Below the pieces are notes generated by a model that was not told the DNA's origin, did not search any database, and saw nothing but the letters and a program-made list of their open reading frames with translations. The position numbers and the translations under genes are program-made. A stretch of DNA of 64,000 nucleotides from Alphaproteobacteria bacterium (GTDB lineage Bacteria > Pseudomonadota > Alphaproteobacteria > UBA828). Each line of letters begins with the position of its first letter. Position 1 is the first letter of the stretch. This document shows positions 10,501-20,665 of this stretch, piece after piece. The stretch lies in assembly GCA_965220745.1 (NCBI GenBank), contig CBDCQT010000010.1:320001-384000 (forward strand). Reading direction: 5' to 3'.

Positions 10501-11348
10501 AGGTTGGGAAAGCCGGCAGCGGCGCCCAGGTGGGCGGCAGCGATGACGCCGGCGGCCGGCCCCGACATGACCGTCTGCACCGCCTTCTCGCCGGCGATGC
10601 CGGCGGTCATCATGCCACCGTTGCCCTGCATTACCAGCAGCTCGGACTCGACCGCGCCGGTCTTGAGCCGGCCCGCAATACGTTCGAGATAGCGGGTCAT
10701 GATGGGCTGGATGTAGCCGTTGAGCGCGGCGGTGCTGCCTCGCTCGAACTCCCGCACCTCGCGCAGGATGTCGGAGCCCAGCGTGATCAGGGCATCGGGC
10801 CAGACCTCACGGGCAATCGCGCCGGCCCGTCGCTCGTGATCGGGATTGAGGTAGGCGTGGACGAAGTGAATGACCAAAGCCTCGGCACCGGCCGCGCGCG
10901 CCGCCTCGACTGCCACACGGACCTCGTCTTCGTCGAGCGGGGTGACTACAGCGCCCGAGGCGTCAATCCTCTCCGCCACCTCGAAGCGGCGCTCGCGCGG
11001 CACGATGGGGGCGAAGCTGCCGAACATGCCCCACGGGTTGGGCCGCGTGCGCCGGCCGAGCTCCAGCGTGTCGCGAAAGCCCTGGGTGGTGACGAGCGCG
11101 CAGCGCACGCCCTTGCGCTCCAGCACGGCGTTGGTTCCGACCGTGGTGCCGTGAACGACCGTCTCGAACCCGCCTGCCGCCTCGCCGAGCGCGGCGAGGC
11201 CAGCCATGAAGCCGTCCGACTGGTCCGCCGGGGTGGACGGCACCTTGGCGATGCGCATGGCCGCCGAGTCCGGATCGACCAGCAGCAGGTCGGTGAAGGT
11301 GCCGCCGACATCGACCCCGAGTCGGCCGCGCGCGGATGCCTCACTCAT
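7581..11348 (-). CDS. fused hydantoinase A+B (5-oxoprolinase-type) ATP-dependent amidohydrolase
   Basis: Start MSEASARGRLGVDVGGTFTD at 11348 (ATGA overlap with the upstream stop); A half, then DPVTL...NDPYFGGTHLMD B half. Confidence 0.9.
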   Translation of the reverse strand: MSEASARGRLGVDVGGTFTDLLLVDPDSAAMRIAKVPSTPADQSDGFMAGLAALGEAAGGFETVVHGTTVGTNAVLERKGVRCALVTTQGFRDTLELGRRTRPNPWGMFGSFAPIVPRERRFEVAERIDASGAVVTPLDEDEVRVAVEAARAAGAEALVIHFVHAYLNPDHERRAGAIAREVWPDALITLGSDILREVREFERGSTAALNGYIQPIMTRYLERIAGRLKTGAVESELLVMQGNGGMMTAGIAGEKAVQTVMSGPAAGVIAAAHLGAAAGFPNLISCDMGGTSFDIAIVQGGVPVTTTEKDIAYGMPLRVPMVDIQTIGAGGGSIARVDEGGILRVGPVSAGAAPGPICYGRGGQEPTVTDANLLLGRIDPGAIGGLDSPPDVDEVRRIVRERIADPLGLDEAEAAAAILRVVDHQMAGAARLVSVDKGHDPRDFALFAFGGAGPMHATAIARELGVPHVLVPRYPGITSALGCVLADVRHDFVRTLHQPLEDVDAVAADRILAEQAAEGRALLAQEGVTVAAVEVAHEADLFYRGQSHVFRVSVGDGGFDAAAVRDAFAALYRERFDIVLPEMQPILVNLRTTVRGIRPPLDLTLAADRTGTTLEAALVETRPVYFDGAWIDTPIYQRERLPAEAALTGPAVIQQLDTTILVEPGSEARSDALGNLVLTVPQAKEEAQAGAAGAFDPVTLAVIESGLQQVSSEMDLVHQRTSFSPVISEGFDRSNGIYDPETGQIIAQGELGLPIFLGVMQSTTQAVIEARDDLEPGDIVMVNDPYFGGTHLMDVKMVKPFFYRGRLWAYLSNTGHWPDTGGMVPGGFPSQATEIQQEGLRLPPVKLHRRGVLDDDIMQIVLANIRVPEERIGDIRAQIGALSVGERRLTQLLDKHGEETVNAAIEVLKERSERRMRAHIASVPDGEYVFSSYMDSDGVDDAPLEVRARVTVEGGDLSVDLSDSSPLCRGPVNSVWATTLASVYCAIKHIFPDVPINAGCFRPIDVTPPHGTFLYAEYPRPVSGCAAETAQRIMEAVFGAMGQAMPERMFAAPAGTSGNFSLGGEDPAEGRRYVMYIFSGGGYGGWWEDDGLTNGCSSVGISKTQPAEILEQHYPILFEEYALREGSGGAGRHRGGFGVSYRVRLLRGEAKASFMMDHGRTGPHGLAGGLPGACNQIEVRRGNVVEEPPHLSKGEGYHLAPGDTVQVRTPGGGGLGDPLARSRPRVAADLSRGYLTKADAARDYGYDPGADEAAE

Positions 11349-12301
11349 GGGTTGCCGCCTGCGCCCGTCTCGGGCGCCGGCAGCCCCAGGCCCTCCATTG
11401 CATCGCGCATCAGCTCCAGCGCCATGCGCAGCAGGCGGTAGGAGGCCTCGGCGGTCATGAAGGCGGCGTGGGGCGTCAGCGTCACGTTCTCCAGCGCCGC
11501 CAGGGGATGGCTCCCGTCGATCGGCTCGTCGGCGAAGACATCGAGCCCGGCGGCGCGGATCCTGCCGTCCCGCAACGTGTCGATCAGGGCCGCCTCGTCG
11601 ATGACCGCGCCACGCGCGGTGTTGATCAGCATGGCATCGGGGCGCATCAGGGCGAGGCGGCGCGCGTCGATGATGCCCCTGGTCTCGTCGTTGAGGCCGA
11701 GATGAAGCGAGACAACGTGGGATTCCGCAAGAAGCGCATCGAGGGTCTCGACCGGAATGCACTGCAGGTCTGCCGGCAGGCCGCTCCGGTTCCAGGCGAT
11801 GACGTTCATGCCAATCCCGTTGCCGAGGCGCACCATCTCGCGGCCGACGCCGCCGGTGCCGACCACGCCCAGGGTCTTGCCGGCGAACTCGACGCCGTCC
11901 AGCGTGCGCCAGGAGCCGGCGCGTAGCGCGCGATCCATCCGCGCGGTCTGGCGGCCGCAATCGAACATGAGCGCGAGCGCGTGCTCGGCCACGGTGACGT
12001 CGCCATAGCCCTTGATGGTGCGCACCTCGATGCCGAGCTTTCGCGCCGCCGCCACGTCGATGTAGCTCGAGGCGCCTGTGCCCATGAAGACGATGACCTT
12101 CAGCGCGCGGCAGGCGGCAAGCACGTCCTCCGGCATGTAAGTGTGATCGTTGATGACGCCGACCGTATCGCCGACGTAGGCCGCGACGTCATCGCCCGGC
12201 ACGTCGTCGATGGTCATGGCCAGGTCGGGGACGATCGCCTTGAGCTCGTCGTCGTAGAGCTCGGCCAGGAACGAAGGACAGTCGAAGAAGATCGCGCGCA
12301 C
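11345..12301 (-). CDS. D-isomer-specific 2-hydroxyacid dehydrogenase
   Basis: GVVGTGGVG, INTARG, LDVFADEP, LTPHAA. Confidence 0.92.
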   Translation of the reverse strand: MRAIFFDCPSFLAELYDDELKAIVPDLAMTIDDVPGDDVAAYVGDTVGVINDHTYMPEDVLAACRALKVIVFMGTGASSYIDVAAARKLGIEVRTIKGYGDVTVAEHALALMFDCGRQTARMDRALRAGSWRTLDGVEFAGKTLGVVGTGGVGREMVRLGNGIGMNVIAWNRSGLPADLQCIPVETLDALLAESHVVSLHLGLNDETRGIIDARRLALMRPDAMLINTARGAVIDEAALIDTLRDGRIRAAGLDVFADEPIDGSHPLAALENVTLTPHAAFMTAEASYRLLRMALELMRDAMEGLGLPAPETGAGGNP

Positions 12302-12381
12302 CGCTCGCCTCCGGGATCGCTATGTGCGGCCGATTGTAGCAGGCACGGTAGCCGCGAGCGCGACCGGGCGTGCGGCGCCGA

Positions 12382-13389
12382 TCACGAGGCGCCCTCGGCA
12401 CGCCGCGGGGCGCCGGCCGTACGGCGCCGGGCGCCGGTGTTGACCAGCCAGATGCCGACCACCATGCACGCGAGCGCCCCCCACACCCAGATGCTGAGGG
12501 ATTCGTCGAAGAGAATGAGCGCCCAGAAGATGCCAGCGGCCACCACCAGATAGTTGAACTGGGCGAAGAAGACCGCGCCGGCGCGCCGCGTTACCTCCTG
12601 GAAACAGTAGAAGGTGACGCAGTGGATCCCTGCGGCCCAGGCCATGCCGGCAATGCCCGGCCAGCCGGCATCGGCGAAGAGATAGGGGCCGTCCGCCACC
12701 AGCATCACCGGCAGCATGACGACCGCGGCGGCGAGCAGGATGCCGCAGGCGAGCGCGAGCGAGTGCGTCTGCGGCGGGCGGTAGGCGGCGGCCACGACGT
12801 TGGAGCCCGCAGCCGCGATCGCAGCCACCAGCGCCACCAGCATCCAGACCCAGGCGCCGGCCTCTGGCAGGCTCTGCTCGGGCAGCACGATCAGCAGCAC
12901 GCCGCCTGCGCCGAGGGCGAGGCCTGCGAGGCTCAGCGCCTCGAAGCGCTCCATCCGTATGGCGAAGGACATGAGATACGTGACCCCCGGCACCAGGGTC
13001 AGCACCAGGGTGATGACCCCGGCCGGAAGCTCGCGGGCGGCGAAGGCGGTCGCCAGCACCGGCAGCATCACCGCGAGCAGAGCGAGGCGAAGGTATTGCA
13101 GCAGGTGTGCCCGGCTTACGGGCGGCAGATTGCGGGTGACGGCACCCACGATCAGCAGCGCGAGGCCGGCGAAGAGCGCGATCCAGAAGGTGTAGGCGAA
13201 GACCGGGAAGGAGACCCCGGCCGCAAGCTTGTTGGCCGAGAAGATGCCGCCGTACGAGATGCCGCCGAGGAGGAGCAGCAGCGTGGGCACGATGAGCGCG
13301 CGTCCGCGCAGGCGTCCCGTATCGGCCGTGCCTCTATCCGGCGCGCCGCCTTGGTTGGCGTTATTGTTCTCTGACGGCGCTGCCGGCAT
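12382..13389 (-). CDS. EamA/DMT family transporter
   Basis: About 10 hydrophobic segments in two repeats; ALILFDESLS; start uncertain. Confidence 0.85.
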   Translation of the reverse strand: MPAAPSENNNANQGGAPDRGTADTGRLRGRALIVPTLLLLLGGISYGGIFSANKLAAGVSFPVFAYTFWIALFAGLALLIVGAVTRNLPPVSRAHLLQYLRLALLAVMLPVLATAFAARELPAGVITLVLTLVPGVTYLMSFAIRMERFEALSLAGLALGAGGVLLIVLPEQSLPEAGAWVWMLVALVAAIAAAGSNVVAAAYRPPQTHSLALACGILLAAAVVMLPVMLVADGPYLFADAGWPGIAGMAWAAGIHCVTFYCFQEVTRRAGAVFFAQFNYLVVAAGIFWALILFDESLSIWVWGALACMVVGIWLVNTGARRRTAGAPRRAEGAS

Positions 13390-13487
13390 CGGCCGCACGG
13401 TAGCGGCGAGGTGTGGGCCTTGGCAAACCCGTGCGGCGGGTCTACATCGTCGATGTTGGTCTATGCACCGTATTGAAGGCGCGAGCG

Positions 13488-13718
13488 ATGGCGGACCTCA
13501 CAGTCCGAAACGTCAGCAGGGAAATGGTCGACGCCCTCAAGCGCCGCGCCGCCGACAACGGACGGTCCGTGGAGGCGGAGCACCGGGAAGTGCTGCGTTC
13601 GGCCCTGCTAGGAGAGAACCAGGACTTCGCCGCGCGAGCGCGAGCATTACGGCAACGGCTACACTCGTCGGTCGACAGCGCCGAGGCGATACGGGCAGTG
13701 CGCGACGGTGCGTCATGA
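13488..13718 (+). CDS. FitA-like ribbon-helix-helix antitoxin/regulator
   Basis: MADLTVRNV...ALKRRAADNGRSVEAEHREVL matches the FitA/StbC-type RHH pattern. Confidence 0.85.
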   Translation: MADLTVRNVSREMVDALKRRAADNGRSVEAEHREVLRSALLGENQDFAARARALRQRLHSSVDSAEAIRAVRDGAS

Positions 13719-14938
13719 TCACCTCGCTTCGACTCATCGACTTCAAGAACTTCGCCGACGAAACGTTACGCGTTGGCCCCTTCACCGTCATCGTCGGAGC
13801 CAATGCCAGTGGCAAGAGCAACATCCGGGACGCATTTCGCTTCCTCCATGGCATTGGACAGGGCTATACGCTCGCCGAGATTATCGGCGGAAAACACGCC
13901 GGCAGACCGTTCGAATGGATGCCGATTCGGGGCGCTCCACGTGAAATTGCGCGGGTGAAAGACGATGTCTTCGCACTAAGCGTGATGGTAAAGCGGGAAA
14001 ATCTTGAACTAAACTATTTTGTTGGTCTAGCTCCACAATTGCTTGGAGACAGTGGCCTTAGAATCGGAAGAGAAACTCTGAAAGTCGGGGATTCAATAGT
14101 ATACAGAAGAGCAATGAAGAATTTCGAAGGAGAACTTGCAGATACATTCCAGTCTGTTGAAGATTTGTTTCGAAATGACCAACCAATACTAACTCAAATC
14201 CAAAAGCTGACAATTGGTCAGACCTCTCGCAGTCCTGTTAATGAAACATTGGAATCTCTGGCCAACATTCGCTTTCTTGATCTGGTGCCGGATCGCATGA
14301 GGCAACCCTCGATTCCGGGCCTGACCGTCTTGGGTGACAGTGGAGAGAATCTGCCCACCGTCCTGCAAGCGCTGTGCGCAGATTCCAAGAGGAAAGAAAC
14401 ATTTGCCGCGTGGACCCGCGAGTTAACTCCCATGGACGTCAAAGACTTCGACTTTCGCGAAGGTCCGGACGGCAAAGTGCATCTAATCATCAAGGAAAAG
14501 AGCGGCCGTGAGATATCCGCCCATAGCGCGTCGGACGGTACCTTGCGTTTTCTCGCAATGCTTGCCGCGTTGCTCGGCCCTGACCCTGCACGCCTCTACT
14601 TCTTCGAGGAAATCGACAACGGCATCCATCCCTCGCGGCTTCACCTGCTGATCGATTTGATCGAACGGCAGACCGCAAAGGGCCAGACTCAGGTGATCGC
14701 CACCACCCATTCGCCGCAACTGCTCTCCATGATCGGCGACACCACGTTCGAGAACACGTCCGTCGTCTGTCGTCTTGAGGATACGGAGGATGCCATCATC
14801 CGTCCGGTCGCCGATCTGCCCAACGCTCGAAAACTGCGCACGGACCAAGGATTGGGGCAGCTTCTTGCCGGGGGCTGGATGGAAGACGCGCTTGCCTTCA
14901 CCGAAGAGAACAAAGATTCGGGAATGGACCCTGAATGA
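13715..14938 (+). CDS. ABC-type (AAA_21/AAA_15-like) ATPase
   Basis: MITSLRLIDFKNF start (ATGA overlap); Walker A GANASGKS, signature SDGTLRF, Walker B FFEEIDNGIHP, TTHSP. Confidence 0.9.
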   Translation: MITSLRLIDFKNFADETLRVGPFTVIVGANASGKSNIRDAFRFLHGIGQGYTLAEIIGGKHAGRPFEWMPIRGAPREIARVKDDVFALSVMVKRENLELNYFVGLAPQLLGDSGLRIGRETLKVGDSIVYRRAMKNFEGELADTFQSVEDLFRNDQPILTQIQKLTIGQTSRSPVNETLESLANIRFLDLVPDRMRQPSIPGLTVLGDSGENLPTVLQALCADSKRKETFAAWTRELTPMDVKDFDFREGPDGKVHLIIKEKSGREISAHSASDGTLRFLAMLAALLGPDPARLYFFEEIDNGIHPSRLHLLIDLIERQTAKGQTQVIATTHSPQLLSMIGDTTFENTSVVCRLEDTEDAIIRPVADLPNARKLRTDQGLGQLLAGGWMEDALAFTEENKDSGMDPE

Positions 14939-15504
14939 AGGTTCTCATCATTCCCGAAGATTTCCGCAACGATCAACATTTGCTGAAGCCTTTGTTCGAA
15001 AGGCTCTTTCGATCCATCGGCAGGCGAAATGCGCGTGTCCGCGTTTGCCGGGAGCCACTGCTCGGCGGCGTTAGAGAGGCACTTAAGTCGGACCGCTTGG
15101 CACAGATCGTAGACCGCTATGATGGAATGATAGATATCTTCATTCTGTGCGTTGACCGCGATGGCGACGAGGGCCGGCGTCAAAGGCTCGACGACATCGA
15201 GGCGGAGTTTGGAGAAGACCGGAGCTTCTTCGCCGAGAACGCCTGGGAGGAGATCGAGACGTGGGTTCTGGCCGGCTTGAATTTACCTGCAGACTGGGCT
15301 TGGGCGGACGTTCGCGCGGAAATCCACGTCAAAGAACGGTACTTCAACGTTCTGGCTAGGGAGCGGGGCATCGCCGACCGCCCCGACGGAGGCTGCGAAG
15401 AACTCGGACGAGAGGCCGCGCGGCGTATTCCCGCGATTCGACAGAAATGCCCGGAGGACTTCGACGCTCTTGCCCGGCGCATCGAGGCCGAAGTCGCTGC
15501 GTAG
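14935..15504 (+). CDS. TOPRIM-like protein (DUF4276/RloB-like) coupled to the ATPase
   Basis: N-terminal strand followed by acidic PED; VDRD (DxD); EEIETWVL; ATGA overlap with the ATPase. Confidence 0.65.
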   Translation: MKVLIIPEDFRNDQHLLKPLFERLFRSIGRRNARVRVCREPLLGGVREALKSDRLAQIVDRYDGMIDIFILCVDRDGDEGRRQRLDDIEAEFGEDRSFFAENAWEEIETWVLAGLNLPADWAWADVRAEIHVKERYFNVLARERGIADRPDGGCEELGREAARRIPAIRQKCPEDFDALARRIEAEVAA

Positions 15505-15528
15505 GGCCCGCGGCGGGCGATCACGGCA

Positions 15529-16674
15529 TTAGAAACACGCCTCCAACAGCTTCCGCGTGTTCTCCGCCGTCATGGGGACCGGGTTGCCGCCCGCCGTGGG
15601 ATCGTCGAGTGCCATGGCGGTGAGGTCGTCCAAACGGTCGGCGGTGACGCCCATCGCGCTCAGCGTCTTGGGGATGCCCAGGGTCTCGCGCAGCTCCAGC
15701 ACCCGGTCATGGAAGGCCGGGTAGCCGCCCTTGATACCGAGATAGGCGGCGGCATGCGTGAGCCGCTCCTCCACCGCCGGCCGGTTCATGTCGAGCACGT
15801 AGGGCATGACACAGGCGTTGGTGGTGCCGTGGTGAGTGTCGAACACCGCGCCCACCGGGTGGCTCAACGCGTGAATCGCGCCGAGGCCCTTCTGGAACGC
15901 GGTCGCCCCCATGCTGGCGGCCGCCATCATGTGGCCGCGTGCCTCCAGATCGCCGCCGTCGGCGTAGGCGCGGCTCAGGTTCTCGTGGACGAGACGCATC
16001 CCCTCCAGCGCGATGCCCTGCCCCATGGGGTGATAGAAGGGCGAGCAATAGGCCTCCAGGCAGTGGGCCAGGGCGTCCATTCCCGTGCCTGCCGTGATCG
16101 GCTTCGGCATGCCGACGGTAAGCTCGGGGTCGGCGATCACAACCACGGGCAGCACCTTGGGGTGGAAGATGATCTTCTTCACCCGCGTCTCGGAGTTGGT
16201 GACGACGCTGGCGCGGCCCACCTCGGACCCGGTGCCGGCGGTGGTGGGCACCGCCAAGCTCGGAGCGATGGCATCCGCGTCCGCGCGGGTCCACCAGTCG
16301 CCCACGTCCTCAAAATCCCAGACCGAGCGGGTCTGGCCGGCCATGAAAGCGACCATCTTGCCCAGGTCCAGCGCCGAGCCGCCGCCGAAGGCAACCACGC
16401 CGTCATGGCCGCCCGCACGATAGGCGGCGACGCCGGCATCGAGGTTCTTCTCGGTGGGATTGGGGTCGACCTCGGTGAAGGCCGCACGACCGAGACCGCC
16501 TTCCTCCAGGATATCAAGGGCAGCCTGCGTCATCGGCAGCGATGCCAGGCCTCGGTCGGTCACGAATAGCGGCCTTTGGATGTTTGCATCGGCGCAAGCG
16601 GCCGGTAGTTCCGCAACGCGGCCCGCGCCGAAGCGAATGGCGGTGGGGTAGGACCAGTTGGCGGTGAGCGTCAT
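15529..16674 (-). CDS. iron-containing alcohol dehydrogenase
   Basis: GGGSALD, PTTAGTGSE, DALAHCLEAY, HALSH, HHG. Confidence 0.93.
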   Translation of the reverse strand: MTLTANWSYPTAIRFGAGRVAELPAACADANIQRPLFVTDRGLASLPMTQAALDILEEGGLGRAAFTEVDPNPTEKNLDAGVAAYRAGGHDGVVAFGGGSALDLGKMVAFMAGQTRSVWDFEDVGDWWTRADADAIAPSLAVPTTAGTGSEVGRASVVTNSETRVKKIIFHPKVLPVVVIADPELTVGMPKPITAGTGMDALAHCLEAYCSPFYHPMGQGIALEGMRLVHENLSRAYADGGDLEARGHMMAAASMGATAFQKGLGAIHALSHPVGAVFDTHHGTTNACVMPYVLDMNRPAVEERLTHAAAYLGIKGGYPAFHDRVLELRETLGIPKTLSAMGVTADRLDDLTAMALDDPTAGGNPVPMTAENTRKLLEACF

Positions 16675-16721
16675 GGCGTGACTTTCTGGACGTTGGGGAA
16701 GCCCGGCGCAGTGGACCCGGA

Positions 16722-17252
16722 TTAGCCGCCCTCTGGCAAGGCCGCTCTCGATACCGCCTCGGCGACGACCGCGAGGGGCAGGATGAGCTTGAGCGGATCG
16801 TCGAGCAGGGGCACGGCGCCGAACCGCTCATACCACCGCACCGCGTTCCGGTCCTTAGCGTCGATGGCAAGAGCGACACCCCCCACCTCTGCCGCGACGG
16901 CAAGAGCCCGCACGCCGGCGGCCAGCAGCAGGTCGCCTCCGAGCCCCCTGCCCTGCACGGATCGATCGATCGCGAGGCGCGCGAGGCGAAAGACAGGCAC
17001 ATCGTAGCGGCCGAGCTTTCTAGTCAAGGCGCCGGGCACGTCGGCGAACGCGATGGCGCCGGGGCTGATCGTGTAGAAGCCGAGCACGCGAGCCGGCGCG
17101 GCCGGAGACACGGCAACGAAGGTCTTGGCGCCGCCTGACTCGTGGTTCTGCCGGGCGTAGCGGCGGAGATAGGTGTTCAGGTCCTCATCCCCGCAATCGA
17201 AGCTCTTGCGGTCGTGATGGCGGCCGATCGGCTCTTCCCGCCAGTCCAGCAA
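16722..17252 (-). CDS. GNAT acetyltransferase toxin (TacT/AtaT type)
   Basis: HDRKSFDCGDEDLNTYL, RLARLAIDRSVQGRGLG, IDAKD...WYERFG. Confidence 0.9.
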   Translation of the reverse strand: MLDWREEPIGRHHDRKSFDCGDEDLNTYLRRYARQNHESGGAKTFVAVSPAAPARVLGFYTISPGAIAFADVPGALTRKLGRYDVPVFRLARLAIDRSVQGRGLGGDLLLAAGVRALAVAAEVGGVALAIDAKDRNAVRWYERFGAVPLLDDPLKLILPLAVVAEAVSRAALPEGG

Positions 17253-17257
17253 CGGGC

Positions 17258-17536
17258 TCAGGAGCGTGCAGCGCGACGCCGTGCGGCTGCCATCAGGGCG
17301 GGGGTTGGCTCAGGCGGATTCTCGAGGAGCGCCAGCACGCGCTCGCTGTCGCGCTCGGAGAGAACGATACGTTCGGCGCGATCCACCGCTTCCCGCGCGG
17401 CGGGCAGCGCGTTGCGCATGATGAAGCTGGTGAGGTCCAGCCGCTCGTGAGCGGCGGCGGCACTCAGCAACCGCTTCTCTTCGCTGGTCGCCCGAAGCTC
17501 GATGCGCTCCTCGCGCGGGGCGGTGTTCGCCGGCAT
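17258..17536 (-). CDS. DUF1778 RHH antitoxin (TacA/AtaR type)
   Basis: REERIELRAT...LTSFI...LLENPPEPTPAL; directly upstream of the GNAT gene. Confidence 0.88.
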   Translation of the reverse strand: MPANTAPREERIELRATSEEKRLLSAAAAHERLDLTSFIMRNALPAAREAVDRAERIVLSERDSERVLALLENPPEPTPALMAAARRRAARS

Positions 17537-17573
17537 GACCCCCTCGACGACGTCCCTGACGTACGGATGACAT

Positions 17574-17596
17574 ACGGACAATTCGGCGTCCGTCAA
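17574..17596 (-). promoter_or_regulatory. putative autoregulatory operator/promoter of the GNAT TA pair
   Basis: Inverted repeat ACGGAC-N8-GTCCGT overlapping a minus-strand TTGACG box. Confidence 0.4.
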
Positions 17597-17631
17597 GTCC
17601 TAATCGTTTGCCGCATGAGCCGCCTGCAGCG

Positions 17632-18738
<1,107 letters not shown>

Positions 18739-19021
18739 CGGGGGAGCAAGGCCATCCGCCACGGCCATGGGCGCCTCCACGCCACGCAAGAGTGTGATAC
18801 GGGAGGAGACCGGGGGCACACAAGCGCCGACTGTCGCTGCCCTGACACTGCCGGGGCCGTGGTCACGCTCCCCGTCCGCGATCAGCGATACTTATGGAGC
18901 AGCCAAGAAATCGATATTGGAGTTGATGGCGGTGTTGGCTATACGATTCCAACATAGGAGATCGACTCGAGGGGAGGAAGCGCGATCGAATAGGGCTTAG
19001 AAATCGGTACAAATGCCTGAA

Positions 19022-19052
19022 ACAAGTCGGAAATTTGGCATCACCGACTTGT
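19022..19052. promoter_or_regulatory. inverted repeat upstream of the PKS (operator or RNA hairpin)
   Basis: Perfect ACAAGTCGG-N13-CCGACTTGT in an AT-richer intergenic region. Confidence 0.35.
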
Positions 19053-19107
19053 GCTGAAATGGATGCAAGTGCTGCGTCAATGATGCTGTTTATCGGGGCT
19101 TGTTTGC

Positions 19108-20665
19108 ATGGGCGCTTACGACATCAGCGACGGAGTTGCAATCACCGGGTATGGCTACCGGTTGCCCGGCGGCATTCACTCGGACTCTGATTTCTGGCGC
19201 CTGCTCGCCGAGCGCGAGATCGTCCAGGAGCCGATCACCGATCGCTACGGCAAGGGTCATCTGCCCATCGGTGAATTCTCGGGCCCGGGGCGCCTCGCGA
19301 GCCCTTACGAGGGGCTGATCCGAGACGAAGAGGAGTTGCTCTTCGACCGGACCTTCTTCGGCATGTCCCACAACGAGCTGCGGCAGACCGAGCCGCAGGT
19401 CAGGATGCTGCTGAATTGCGCGTGGGAGGCCATCGAGCACGCCGGCTGGGATCTTCACTCCTTGCGCAACAGCCCCACCGGAGTCTTCATCGGCTCTCAG
19501 GTTCCGGCCGTGTCCAACTGGCGGCCGCAGCATGGCGTCACGGAGAATTCCGTCTCCGGCATCAGCCTCGCGATGCTGGCCAATCGGGTCTCCTACCACT
19601 TCAACCTCATGGGATCGTCCGCGACCTATTGCACGGCGTGCTCCGCCGGCGTGAGCGCCCTGCACGCGGCGATGAACTCGCTGGCGTGCGGCGATTGCGA
19701 CCAGGCGCTGGTCGGCGCCGTCACCTATCTCGGCAGCGCCAGGATGAGCAGCGGCTTCAACCTCATGGGGGTCATCAGCCCGGAGGGCAAGTGCCATTCC
19801 TTCGATGCCGAAGCCAACGGCTACATGCGCTCCGAAGGCTCGTTCGTCTTTGCCATCAAGCCCCTGGCGGCGGCCGAGCGGGACGGAGACCCGATCTATG
19901 CCGTGATCGAGGCGACCGCGGTCAACGCGGCAGGGACGGCCGACGGTACCCAGGGTCTCGCGCCGGGCCGGTTCATCAGCGCACCCACCCACCACGGCCA
20001 GGTGGCGCTGATGCAGGAGGCCTCGGCTCGCGCCGGCCTCGCTCCTCTCGACTTTGACTACATCGAGGCGCATGCGACCGGGACCGCTGTCGGCGATCCC
20101 ATCGAAGGCAACGCCATCGCGGAGGCGTTCGGCGGCGTCGAGCGCGAGGTCCCGCTGCGGGTTTCCAGCGTGAAGAGCAACGTGGGACACATGGAGGCTG
20201 CCGCTTTCCACTGTGCCCTGCTCAAGGTCGTTCTGATGATGCAGCGGCGCACCTTCGCGCCAACATCGAGCAACTTCCAGGTGCCCAATCCGGAGATCGA
20301 CTTCGATTCCTGCCCCATGCAAGTGCAGACGGAATGCGAGTCGTTCCCCGACCATCCCGTGGTCGTCGGGATCAACTCGTTCGGCTTCGGCGGCGCCAAC
20401 GGCCACTGCGTGGTGCGCGAGTACCGGCCGGCATTGTCCAAGCTCTGGTCGGTGCCGCTGGCGCCGCAAGCGGGCTTCATGGTCCCGCTCTCGGCACGCA
20501 CGCCCAAGGCGTTGACCGAGAGCGCGCGCCGGCTGCGCCATCTGCTCGACGAGCAGCCGATGGACCTTTACGCGCTGGCTGGCAATCTCAGCCGCCGCCG
20601 CACCCATTTCGCCGCACGGACCGCGTTCGCGGCGCGCAGTCTGCCCGAGCTGACCAAGGCGCTAG
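19108..20665 (+). pseudogene. swfA: type I PKS/FAS (SwfA-like), 5' fragment: ketosynthase domain and part of the KS-AT linker
   Basis: CTACSAG, EAHATGT, KSNVGHMEAAA, GINSFGFGGANGH; interrupted at CTAG 20662-20665 by the IS. Confidence 0.85.

Noticed and set aside
11349-11960. N-terminal extension of the 1459-aa ORF
   Set aside because: It overlaps the dehydrogenase gene in another frame; the real start at 11348 forms an ATGA overlap
13229-13714. N-terminal extension of the 569-aa ATPase ORF
   Set aside because: It overlaps the EamA and RHH genes; the family-typical start is at 13715
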